Sequence record: DRR723986_9235
Direction: 5' to 3' (one strand)
Length of the DNA: 34,660 nucleotides
Shown: piece after piece, positions 17,229-25,985 of the stretch
How the letters are laid out: every line of letters starts with the position of its first letter
How positions within the stretch are numbered: the first letter of the stretch is position 1
Position numbers and translations under genes: made by a program
Notes under the pieces: generated by a model
Told to the model about the DNA's origin: nothing
Databases searched by the model: none
Seen by the model: only the letters and a program-made list of their open reading frames with translations

Positions 17229-17483
17229 ATGGCACAGTTTTTGATTCGCAATCTCGACGACGAGGTCCACCAGAAGTTGCGTGAGATGGCGTCAGCCGAC
17301 GATAAAAGCTTGGAAGCGTTTGTTCGCGATTTATTGCAACGTGTTGTTCGTGAACGCAAGCCGCATGCCGACGGTGGGCTCGGAACATCGATTAAGGAAC
17401 ACTTTGCCAAGTGCGGACTGCGTGAAGGCGAAGAGATCCAGGAATTCAAGGACCAGCGACTTCGCATCGCAGACTTCGACTGA
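17229..17483 (+). CDS. FitA-like RHH antitoxin
   Basis: MAQFLIRNLDDEVHQKLREMA...SLEAFVRDLL; GGAGG RBS; coupled to the PIN gene. Confidence 0.85.
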   Translation: MAQFLIRNLDDEVHQKLREMASADDKSLEAFVRDLLQRVVRERKPHADGGLGTSIKEHFAKCGLREGEEIQEFKDQRLRIADFD

Positions 17484-17902
17484 TGCTTGTTCTAGATACC
17501 AACGTCATCTCGGAGCCTATGCGGCAGCGTCCTGACTCAGATGTTCTGGCGTGGCTTGATGCTCAAGATCGGCAGTCCACTTGGTTGACCGCGGTGACAG
17601 TTTTCGAACTCAAGGCCGGTATCGAACGGCTACCACGTGGCCGCAGAAAAAGCCTGCTCACCAAGAATCTCGAAAACGTGCTGGCCGAAGAGTTCGAAGG
17701 TCGCATTCTGGCATTTGACAAGCATGCAGCGCTCGTTGCAGGAGAGCTTGCAGAGCAGGTTCGTGGTCGAGGCGGTCATGTTGAGATCCGCGACCTTCAA
17801 ATTGCGGCAATCGCGGCGACGCACCACGCGATCCTCGCCACCCGCAACGAGCGAGACTTTACGCTCACGGGCATCACTATCATCAATCCATGGTCACGCT
17901 AA
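17483..17902 (+). CDS. vapC: VapC/FitB PIN-domain toxin
   Basis: VLDTNVISE, D-LQIAAIA, LATRNERDF, INPW. Confidence 0.93.
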   Translation: MLVLDTNVISEPMRQRPDSDVLAWLDAQDRQSTWLTAVTVFELKAGIERLPRGRRKSLLTKNLENVLAEEFEGRILAFDKHAALVAGELAEQVRGRGGHVEIRDLQIAAIAATHHAILATRNERDFTLTGITIINPWSR

Positions 17903-18196
17903 GCGTCTCGAACGGCTTAGCTTCAGTATCCAAGCTCGAAGAGGAAGGTGCTTGTTCTATCACTACTGCCTGAGCGGATACCTATTGGCCGTCTGCAGTT
18001 TTTTCAACGACTTCGCCACGCTTCGCAGAGCAGTGGGTTCGATCTGCATGTTTGCGAGAGAGCAGATCGGATAGGTGAGGGGATTCCGATGAAGCTTTTT
18101 GATAGATAGTCGTTTTCAATTGAATACCTTCTGTGTTACTACGAAGTGAGCAGCCAAAACACGCAAGCCAGCCTCAGCCGCTTGTGCCATGCCACC

Positions 18197-18270
18197 CGAC
18201 CTAATACGTCAATGGCCTGCCCGCACCACTTTTCGCTGTGCGAAAACCGTGTGGTCCATGACGCCGGTCG
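18197..18270 (+). other. Hairpin-rich leader C
   Basis: CGACC/GGTCG, CGTCA/TGACG, ACCAC/GTGGT, TTTTCGC/GCGAAAA nested stems. Confidence 0.6.
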
Positions 18271-18344
18271 AGAGCCATAGCCCTGGTCGCTCAAGGCTAG
18301 CAAGGTGTTAGCCACTCACAAACTAAAAACAGAAGGAGACAATC

Positions 18345-18611
18345 ATGTCAAACAACAATAAGCCAGTAAAAAGCTTTCGTATCGGACTTAACTCGATCGC
18401 AATCTTTAAGAACACTACGCAAACTGGCCGTACGATCTACAACGCTCATTTCGAGCGAAGCTACAAAGACGGCGAAGAGTGGAAATACACCCGCAGCTTT
18501 GGCCTCGATGACCTTTGTGTGCAGTCAGAGCTGATAGAGCACGCAAAAACCTGGATCTTCGAACAGCAGCAAGCTGACTATGAAGCAACGACGGTTGAGC
18601 GAGCCGCCTAA
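18345..18611 (+). CDS. Small hypothetical protein, possible PC4-like ssDNA-binding fold
   Basis: AAGGAG RBS; beta-rich KPVKSFRIG...FERSYKDGEEWKYTRSF then a C-terminal helix; fold is inferred. Confidence 0.75.
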   Translation: MSNNNKPVKSFRIGLNSIAIFKNTTQTGRTIYNAHFERSYKDGEEWKYTRSFGLDDLCVQSELIEHAKTWIFEQQQADYEATTVERAA

Positions 18612-18619
18612 CTCATCGC

Positions 18620-18653
18620 CGAACCGGTGGAAGTTTCTGCCGGTTCGTTTTTT
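18620..18653 (+). terminator. Intrinsic terminator
   Basis: CGAACCGG...CCGGTTCG followed by TTTTTT. Confidence 0.75.
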
Positions 18654-18765
18654 GTCGCTGGCGTTTGTGGCACATTGCGGCCGTCGGTAGCTGCCAGTTC
18701 TCTGAGAGAAGCCGTAGTAGGGAGCCCGGCCTCCATTTCCAATCGCCCCAGCGAAGCGGGTATAC

Positions 18766-18991
18766 AGTCCAGAATCCTGGACTGATTCGGTGCGGTGACA
18801 TCTAGCCAGCCTGAATTCTCGTTGGCTGCCATCCTCGGCTATTCGTGGGCTAGCAGATGAACCAGTCCAGGATTCTGGACTGTGCACCGACATAGACAAA
18901 TTTCCTTCCCATCGCCCCGGCCTACCGTTCCACCAATGTGGATGCCGATCAACTATGGCTGAAGCAGAGTGTGAGTCCAGGATTCTGGACT
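18766..18991. repeat. Three copies of palindrome AGTCCAGRATYCTGGACT
   Basis: Copies at 18766-18783, 18864-18881, 18974-18991. Confidence 0.88.
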
Positions 18992-19404
18992 CACTCACGA
19001 ACAAGCCGCTCAATGTTGATCTTGACGATGGCTGCTTCGGCTTCATCACGCTGGTCGTCTCGTTCGCCATCTTCGTGTAGGGCTCGCACACGTCCGTTGA
19101 CAATCAGCCCACGCAGCTCTTTGAGATGCCTCCCTTCGACGGTGATAAGGATGGGCTGCAGCCCCAGAAAACCCAACTGCAGAAACCCGGCGTCACGAAG
19201 GTCCACAAAATCTAAACTGCTGTAAGGATGGCTCAGTATACGCCCAGAGAGCAAGTGAAAATCAAGCATCATCGGGGGCAGGGATGTGGGATGCACGACC
19301 TTCCAAGGGCTGTACTCCTCGTCTTGTTCCTGCTTGGCGGATGGGACGCTTTCCAAGAAGCATGGGCGTCTGTGGTTATCGAAGGCTCTCGCTGCTTCTG
19401 CCAT
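18991..19404 (-). CDS. Hypothetical protein directly downstream of the relaxase
   Basis: 137-aa ORF starting 2 bp after the relaxase stop. Confidence 0.75.
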   Translation of the reverse strand: MAEAARAFDNHRRPCFLESVPSAKQEQDEEYSPWKVVHPTSLPPMMLDFHLLSGRILSHPYSSLDFVDLRDAGFLQLGFLGLQPILITVEGRHLKELRGLIVNGRVRALHEDGERDDQRDEAEAAIVKINIERLVRE

Positions 19405-19406
19405 CG

Positions 19407-22286
19407 TTATCGGCTCCTCTCTGGTGCTGGCGAGTTGATCCCAAAGGCACGCCTAAGGTCAGCGGAGCGATGCCGCCCCACCTCGGCTTGTTCGCTACGT
19501 TCACTTGCCCATGCCTTGACGCGGTCTCGGTACGCTCCCATTCGGCCTCGCAATGCACGCAGCTGTTCTAGACCGGGAGAACGTTGCGGAGTAGGGGCTT
19601 TGCGTTGCTCAGACTTCACAAGTTCCGTGGCAGACATCTGTTCGCCGCTGCGTTGAATTGCTCGTCGGACGCTTGCTTTATCATCTACATAAATGGCAAC
19701 GTCCTCACTTCCTCGCGAGACTGTTACGTAAAACTGTTTCGCATTCACCGCAGGCAGGCTCTCAGCTCCCATAGCAGCCATTGAAAGTTTGCGATCCTTT
19801 CCTTGGCTTGCATGACTGGTGATCACGTAGCCCATATCAAGGTGCCCGTAGTCACGATCCACTTTGATACCGCTGGTGAGCATCAGATTCCCTTTTGCAT
19901 CAATGCCAGCGATCTCATCCAGGCGACCATTGCTAATCCGTCGCTTGCCATCCTGCCCGGTTCCGCCCAGCGTAAACCGCACTTTGTCACCCTTTGAAAA
20001 CTGCAGGCTAGATTCACTATAGACCTCGAACCGGTCAGAGTTCTGCAACGGCAGGGACTTTCGTCCCTTGCCGTCGAGAGACATCAACTTCACCTGATCG
20101 TTCTCAACACCATCGACGCGATACCGCTGCCCACGCTTTATGCCGCCCGCGACGTTTTGGTGGAACTGAACGATCAAGCCTTTACGACCATCGTAGACTG
20201 CCGCGTCACTCTTCTCGGCATCGGATAGATTGAGCGACTTTAGCTGCATCGTTTGATGTTCTTGCTCCCCCAACGAACCTCGCTTTCGCAGACCACTGCG
20301 AATATGCTCGGTGACCTCTCGAGCCTCAGCATGCGTCGGAGCAACCACCAGCGGTCCCTTGCCCTTACGGTCAGCCTTCAGATACTGCTTCGCCAGCAGT
20401 TCGTGCCGCTCATCTGATTTCACCTCCTTGATCTTTCCTAGACGGTCCAGCATATCAAAGCCCGCAACCAGTCCCGTCTTACCGCTCTGCTTGTCGACAA
20501 CCTCATGTCCACGACTGATCAGCTCAACCGCTTCGCGATATCTCCCTTTCTGTCGTTGTATTGCCTCAACGCGTGCAATGCTCAGTCCAGCCTCATTTTC
20601 CAGCAAACGCAATGCTTCACCGCGGCGCGGTGAAGAATGCTGTCTTGTGTCACCTGAGAGCACGACTCTGGCATTCTGCTCTTTGGCCACCTTGAAGATG
20701 CCTCGCATCGATCGCGTATCGAGAAGACCTGCTTCATCGACCCACAATACGCCACCACGCGTCTCAGCCTGGAACTTCGTGTTCTTCAGGAGGTACTCTA
20801 CTGTCTGGGCGTTCTTGAAGCCCTTTTCTTGCAAGACCTCTTTGGCTCCAGTACTCGGTGCAAATGTGAAGATTTCCTTCCCATGGCCCCGGATCGCTTC
20901 AGCAGCCTCTTGCATCAGAGAGGATTTTCCAGTGCCCGCTCCGCCGGTGATCGCGGTTACGCGATCACGCGAGCTGAGCACATGGTTTACGGCTGCTTTT
21001 TGTTGATCGTTGAGCCATTCACGGGAGAATTCGTGGTCTCGCTTCGCGATGGATTTTCGCGTTCCGCGACCATCGCGAGCGAATGCAATCATGTCTCTCT
21101 CCACATCAAGCACTTCGCGTGTCGTAACGAACTGCCGCTTAGCCCCTTCAACGTCTCGCGTTCGCTGTATCACTTTCCTTTCATCGAGCGTTTTCTCAAT
21201 CAGCTCGGGAGACAGGCTTACAGCCTTCTCCAGAGCAGTGCCCACGACGGCGTGCCGTTCGGCTGTTGATTGTCGAAACAGCTGGTGCGCCAGAGCGTAG
21301 TCTACCGCCTGCTTGGCTTGCTCCTGCTCGGAACCGTCCTCGCTTTTTCCTGTTCCACGTCCAAGCCGTGCAAAGGCTTTACGCTCAGCCTCAGTCAATC
21401 GAGAGCACCAGTCCACACGAAGCCGATCAACCGTCTCACCCTTGTTTTTCGCTTCGCGGGTCTTCTTACCCAGCGAACCTTTTTGGGCAGCGTCGTGAAT
21501 GCCATGCTTCTTCGCATAGTCTTCGACTTGTTCAGTTCGGCGGCTGAACTTTTCGATCGTGGACCGCTCGATGCCCTTGATTTCCCAGCCATCCTTCAAG
21601 CGACCGCTCTGGGCGAAGCGAACCGGCGTGACGTCGTAGCCAAGCTCGTTCTTAAGCCGTCTTGCCAGACGGGCTTCGAACTTTGCTTGTAGGCTTGGAC
21701 GCTGCCGCACGATCTCTTCCATCTCGCCCGCGTAGTGCTTGCCGTTTTGTTCGGTCCAGTTGATAACGAAAGCGTGGACATGGAGGTGAGGGTCTGGACG
21801 TCCTTCGACAGGTCGTGAAGTTTTGTGTAGGAAATCGGCGTAAATCAGCTTGCCAGTTTGGGTGCGTTGTCGCGTAAATGCATGCTTTCCGCATCGCACG
21901 CGTCGTTGCATGAGCGGCTCGACATCTCGCCGCATGCATTCGCGAACCGTCTCGCGTACCGCTTCGACGATCCTCTCATCTTCGTTTATCGCCCAGGCCA
22001 GCGAAACACTCTTAGGCACCGAAAATGTCAGATCTGTTCCTGGACGACGGTCTTTTCGATTGCGTTGCGTCAGCTTCGCTCCAGAGACTGGATGTTTACC
22101 ATGGAGTAGGGCAGCGAACTGTTCCTTCGTCACGTCGCTGCCACACCCAACGCCAAGGCTTTCAGCTCCTAGTCCATGCCACTGACCACCAATCTCCTGG
22201 CCAAGGTAGTAGTCCCCCTGGGTCAGGACCTCTTCAAAATATTTGAGCGTCGCATCGACGTTCTTTCCTTGTGTGGCAATGAGCAT
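19407..22286 (-). CDS. MOBF (TrwC/TraI-type) relaxase-helicase
   Basis: YF...GDYY, DLTFSVPKSVS, HKTSR...DPHLHVH, FSRRT; helicase GGAGTGKS, VDEAG, GDTRQH, TSHASQG, FYVTVSR. Confidence 0.96.
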   Translation of the reverse strand: MLIATQGKNVDATLKYFEEVLTQGDYYLGQEIGGQWHGLGAESLGVGCGSDVTKEQFAALLHGKHPVSGAKLTQRNRKDRRPGTDLTFSVPKSVSLAWAINEDERIVEAVRETVRECMRRDVEPLMQRRVRCGKHAFTRQRTQTGKLIYADFLHKTSRPVEGRPDPHLHVHAFVINWTEQNGKHYAGEMEEIVRQRPSLQAKFEARLARRLKNELGYDVTPVRFAQSGRLKDGWEIKGIERSTIEKFSRRTEQVEDYAKKHGIHDAAQKGSLGKKTREAKNKGETVDRLRVDWCSRLTEAERKAFARLGRGTGKSEDGSEQEQAKQAVDYALAHQLFRQSTAERHAVVGTALEKAVSLSPELIEKTLDERKVIQRTRDVEGAKRQFVTTREVLDVERDMIAFARDGRGTRKSIAKRDHEFSREWLNDQQKAAVNHVLSSRDRVTAITGGAGTGKSSLMQEAAEAIRGHGKEIFTFAPSTGAKEVLQEKGFKNAQTVEYLLKNTKFQAETRGGVLWVDEAGLLDTRSMRGIFKVAKEQNARVVLSGDTRQHSSPRRGEALRLLENEAGLSIARVEAIQRQKGRYREAVELISRGHEVVDKQSGKTGLVAGFDMLDRLGKIKEVKSDERHELLAKQYLKADRKGKGPLVVAPTHAEAREVTEHIRSGLRKRGSLGEQEHQTMQLKSLNLSDAEKSDAAVYDGRKGLIVQFHQNVAGGIKRGQRYRVDGVENDQVKLMSLDGKGRKSLPLQNSDRFEVYSESSLQFSKGDKVRFTLGGTGQDGKRRISNGRLDEIAGIDAKGNLMLTSGIKVDRDYGHLDMGYVITSHASQGKDRKLSMAAMGAESLPAVNAKQFYVTVSRGSEDVAIYVDDKASVRRAIQRSGEQMSATELVKSEQRKAPTPQRSPGLEQLRALRGRMGAYRDRVKAWASERSEQAEVGRHRSADLRRAFGINSPAPERSR

Positions 22287-22571
22287 GTAAGAAGCATAGG
22301 AGTGTTCGGTGGGAGAGGCAAAATACTCAGCTACGCGTACTTCGTGAACGAAGCAATAAGTTGCAAATCAATCGTGATCTGGCCAAAATCTCAATGCTGG
22401 ATATCGGTCTAAACACATTCGATCCACAGAAAGTTGCTGTCTGTCGGCTTCATGGGCTGGGCCGGCACACAGGCGTAACCGAACGGCTTGCACCGAGATA
22501 TCTGATTCCATGCATGCACAAGCTTACTAACTCAGAGTCTGTTCTTCCTACCGATCGACTTTTATGAAGCT

Positions 22572-22678
22572 TCCCGCCGTGGTCGGAACCGCTCAAGGGT
22601 TTTTCTGCAGCAGACCACAAGGGTCAGCTTCGAAAAATCGCTTTGCGAAGCCCTTGCCCGGATCAAACCAAGGCGGGA
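22572..22678 (+). other. Hairpin-rich leader B
   Basis: TCCCGCC/GGCGGGA, TGGT/ACCA, CAAGGG/CCCTTG; core nearly identical to leader A. Confidence 0.7.
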
Positions 22679-22717
22679 TGACCGCGTCACAAGTCAATCA
22701 ACAAAGGAGAACAAACT

Positions 22718-22948
22718 ATGAACTATCACATCAGTACAACAGAACCAATTCAGAAGCTCGCATCTGAATTCTTTGGCATGTACCCTGGACCGTTTGCAGT
22801 TGTACCCGGTACAGATGGATGCGACGCCACGTTCGATGTAATCTGTGCGGAGACGAGAACGGCAATCGTATCAGTACACTACTGGGAAGCTGAACTACGA
22901 TCCCGCAGAAAAGCAGAAGCAATCGCACGGCTTCTAAACAACAGTTAA
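22718..22948 (+). CDS. Hypothetical protein
   Basis: 76-aa ORF with AAAGGAG RBS and its own terminator. Confidence 0.7.
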   Translation: MNYHISTTEPIQKLASEFFGMYPGPFAVVPGTDGCDATFDVICAETRTAIVSVHYWEAELRSRRKAEAIARLLNNS

Positions 22949-22975
22949 AAGACGCTCCGATATCTGCGAAAATCC

Positions 22976-23010
22976 AATGCGTTACCAGATCCTGGTGACG
23001 CATTTTTTTT
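22976..23010 (+). terminator. Intrinsic terminator
   Basis: AATGCGTTACCAG-ATC-CTGGTGACGCATT then a T run. Confidence 0.75.
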
Positions 23011-23467
23011 GCTCATCGTAAAATTGCTCCGATGGATTGAGCGGAAGCAAGTCTCATAGTTGCATTCAAAATGATGCACTGCTCAGTACAAGGCGAAGCC
23101 ACGCATAGGGGAGCACATCCAACCACGAATCACAGAGGTGCATAACGGTGCATTCAGAAGTCATGAAAGAGTCAATTTTAGAGATAGGCTTGTCTCCTAA
23201 GCAGTGCTTAGGCTGGAATTTCGAATGAAAATGCTCGTCTGAGTTAGAACCGTTGACTGCAAAGCAGAAGGCGATGCAACCGCCTCGAATTCGATTCCGT
23301 CGTAGCTCTTGTAGGTGACGGACACCGCTGTCCCTACGCTCCCTTTCAATCGATTGCGATGCTGGCCAAATCATTCCAGATGATCGAACGGCATGAGCAA
23401 GTCTGTCGTTTAAGTGGTATACTGCTCGCTCTCCCCGACTAATAAATACCTCTCTTGAAATAGATTG

Positions 23468-25972
23468 ATGAGATCTCTCTTGGTCCTCTTCATGTCAATG
23501 AATCTGTTCGTGGTGCAAACAGAATGCAACGCTAATGAGCTAGAACAAGAGGTCTTAGATCGAGTAAAAGCCGCGTGTGTCTTCGTTAAGGTGAGGTTTC
23601 ACGCTAGACACGAGAGCCAAGGAAGCGGCTTCTTTGTTCGCCCGAACATCGTGGTTACGAGTGCCCAAGTGCTCGGACAAACAGCAAGGAAAAGCCCTTC
23701 CGTCAAGGAAGTCGAGATTGTTGTCAGCAGTTCGCAGCCACAAGAGCGTAGTGTTGTGGCTGATCTCTTGTGTGTGGACACCGAGTACGATCTAGCCTTT
23801 CTAAGAGTGCCGCTTAATCACAACTCGGTGTTAAGGGCAAGCAACGGAGGACTGAAGGAGAGGAAGGCAGTCTTCATTTGTGGATTTCCGCTCGGTCAGC
23901 TGTTAGATCTGGAACGCGATAACCCAGCCGTTACCGTTGGCTCAGGTAGTCTTTCCAGCCTGAGATTCGCCAAGAACGTCTTGGAAGAAATCCAAGTTGA
24001 TGGAAATCTGATTCCCGGGAACGGCGGCGGCCCTATTGTTGACAACGAAGGCATGTTTCTTGGTGTAGCAAATGAAACGGTCCGAGGCGCCCAGCGAGGT
24101 TTCGCAATTCCCGCCGCTCGCGTTGAGCAAGTGTTAGCGGGTAGAGTCTCAGGCCTGGCACTAAGCTCTCGTCCCCATGAGACAGATCCACACCGATTTC
24201 AGTTGACCTGTGAAGCAACGATACTCGACCCATTGAAACAAATTGAAAACCCCTTGGTTGAAGTGGCGATTGTACCTCCGTCGAATAAAGCGCCCTTCGA
24301 TTCGAGCAATTCAATTCTGACCTCAGAACTCGAATACAAGGGAAACCTGGAATGGACAGTGGATTTTTCGAGTCTGAGTATCGCTACCAACGAGTCGCTT
24401 TGGGTTCGAGTTCGAGAAGGAAAGGGCTTTGCCAGAACGCTTCACAATCCACTGGACTACACAGACGAAGTACTGCATTCCTATCGAATTCAGTTTCGAG
24501 CACGTAAACTTGCGCAGATGGTGCACCGGCACGTAGATGCCAAACCTAATCGTGATTTTGAGCCACGTCGACCTCCGTCAACCGTGAGCGCTATAGTCGG
24601 CGAACAGTTGAATGCTTCCCGTGAAACGGACGACGACGGGCATCCTTACATACGTGCCACCTCTCGCGAAAAGAAAATCCGATTGGGCGCCGGCCCTTTG
24701 GTTCAAGTCGTTGTTGAGCCATCCGGCGAGCGGCTTTTTGCGATCTCCAAGTATGAAAATCGCGTTCGTGTTTACAATACAGTCGATTTCACTCAGATAG
24801 ACGAGATCACCGTCGCTAAAGATCCCGTTTCCATGTGGTGCGACAGCGACCAGTTGGTTGTAGCATGCAGCGTATCACGGCTTGTAACATTAATCGATTT
24901 GGAAACGCTAAAAATCCGAAGGTCGATTAGAGTAACGACTGACAACTCCTTGAGCCCGTGCGCGATAATGGGGAAAACAGTCGATGGGCGGTTGAAGACC
25001 GCCTGGAGCCGAGCAGATGCCCCTAGGGAACGTCATTTGTACACTATTGACAACGCAGGGAAGGCGGAAAAGATTCTCCAGGGCGATGTCCATTGGTGTA
25101 TATTCCCCGCAGACGACAGTTTCTTGGTTGTTCAGAGCGATTTTGCGTCAACAGGCTCAATATCCAAATATGATCTTCGCCGCCGAGAGTCAGTGCGATT
25201 CCCAAAGGAACTCTTCGAGCCGCAAGAACATAGTCTTGGCGGAATGTGTGGCCACATCGTTCGATCTTTCGATCGTCGCCAGTTCTATCTTCCGACAGAA
25301 GTCAGCGGTTGGGGAAACCGTACTAAGACAATAGTCCTCGACAAGAAATTCAGCCGAGTGGAAGGTATCTTGCCCGGAAGCTTGATAGCTGAAGTACCTG
25401 AAAAGAACTTACTGATCGCATGGCAAGATCGCAGAAGAAAGGACTCGCCGGACTTGAATGGTGCTGAGATTCTGTACATCAGCCGCTCTAATGGACGGGT
25501 CATAAGGCGTGTTCAGGTACCAGATTTTTCAGCACATCCAATGTGCTTTCAACAGCGTGCGAGGCTGCCCAACCTAACTTTCATTCCCGGCCGCGAAATC
25601 TTGATTTACCAGGACCACAACGGCCGCGATGCCAACGAACTTAGAGTGATGCGAACAGGGCCAGTGAATCCCCTTATCGATGTAACCGCAGATCCGAGTA
25701 TGGCTGCCATGAATCAGCCACCAAAAAAGGTATACGTTGGGAAGTCACTAGTGTTCTCACCTTTGATTCCAAATACGGAAAGCACATCGACAGTTGCCTT
25801 TGTACTTGAGAAGGCAATACCAGGAATGCGCATTGATGAAACCACCGGAAAACTAACATTTCAACCAACTGATGCCAATCTCGGTATATTCGAAGTTTCC
25901 ATTGTGGCGATGGTAGATGGCATTCGAGTTCCTGTAATCGAATGGGATCTCGAGATAGAGTACTCGCCCTAA
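23468..25972 (+). CDS. Secreted trypsin-like (S1C) domain protein, catalytically degenerate, with propeller-like region and C-terminal Ig/cadherin-like domain
   Basis: Signal peptide; GSGFFV, VVTSAQV, DLAFL, GFPLG, PGNGGGP; C-terminal PGMRIDETTGKLTFQP. Confidence 0.85.
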   Translation: MRSLLVLFMSMNLFVVQTECNANELEQEVLDRVKAACVFVKVRFHARHESQGSGFFVRPNIVVTSAQVLGQTARKSPSVKEVEIVVSSSQPQERSVVADLLCVDTEYDLAFLRVPLNHNSVLRASNGGLKERKAVFICGFPLGQLLDLERDNPAVTVGSGSLSSLRFAKNVLEEIQVDGNLIPGNGGGPIVDNEGMFLGVANETVRGAQRGFAIPAARVEQVLAGRVSGLALSSRPHETDPHRFQLTCEATILDPLKQIENPLVEVAIVPPSNKAPFDSSNSILTSELEYKGNLEWTVDFSSLSIATNESLWVRVREGKGFARTLHNPLDYTDEVLHSYRIQFRARKLAQMVHRHVDAKPNRDFEPRRPPSTVSAIVGEQLNASRETDDDGHPYIRATSREKKIRLGAGPLVQVVVEPSGERLFAISKYENRVRVYNTVDFTQIDEITVAKDPVSMWCDSDQLVVACSVSRLVTLIDLETLKIRRSIRVTTDNSLSPCAIMGKTVDGRLKTAWSRADAPRERHLYTIDNAGKAEKILQGDVHWCIFPADDSFLVVQSDFASTGSISKYDLRRRESVRFPKELFEPQEHSLGGMCGHIVRSFDRRQFYLPTEVSGWGNRTKTIVLDKKFSRVEGILPGSLIAEVPEKNLLIAWQDRRRKDSPDLNGAEILYISRSNGRVIRRVQVPDFSAHPMCFQQRARLPNLTFIPGREILIYQDHNGRDANELRVMRTGPVNPLIDVTADPSMAAMNQPPKKVYVGKSLVFSPLIPNTESTSTVAFVLEKAIPGMRIDETTGKLTFQPTDANLGIFEVSIVAMVDGIRVPVIEWDLEIEYSP

Positions 25973-25985
25973 TCAAAGCATTCCG

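Noticed and set aside
17903-18190. Possible gene remnant after vapC
   Set aside because: Only short interrupted frames and no recognisable motif
18766-18991. Mini-CRISPR from three palindromes
   Set aside because: 18-bp units, 80-92 bp gaps, mixed orientation and dispersed copies elsewhere
23011-23460. ORF 23066..23374
   Set aside because: No RBS or motif support
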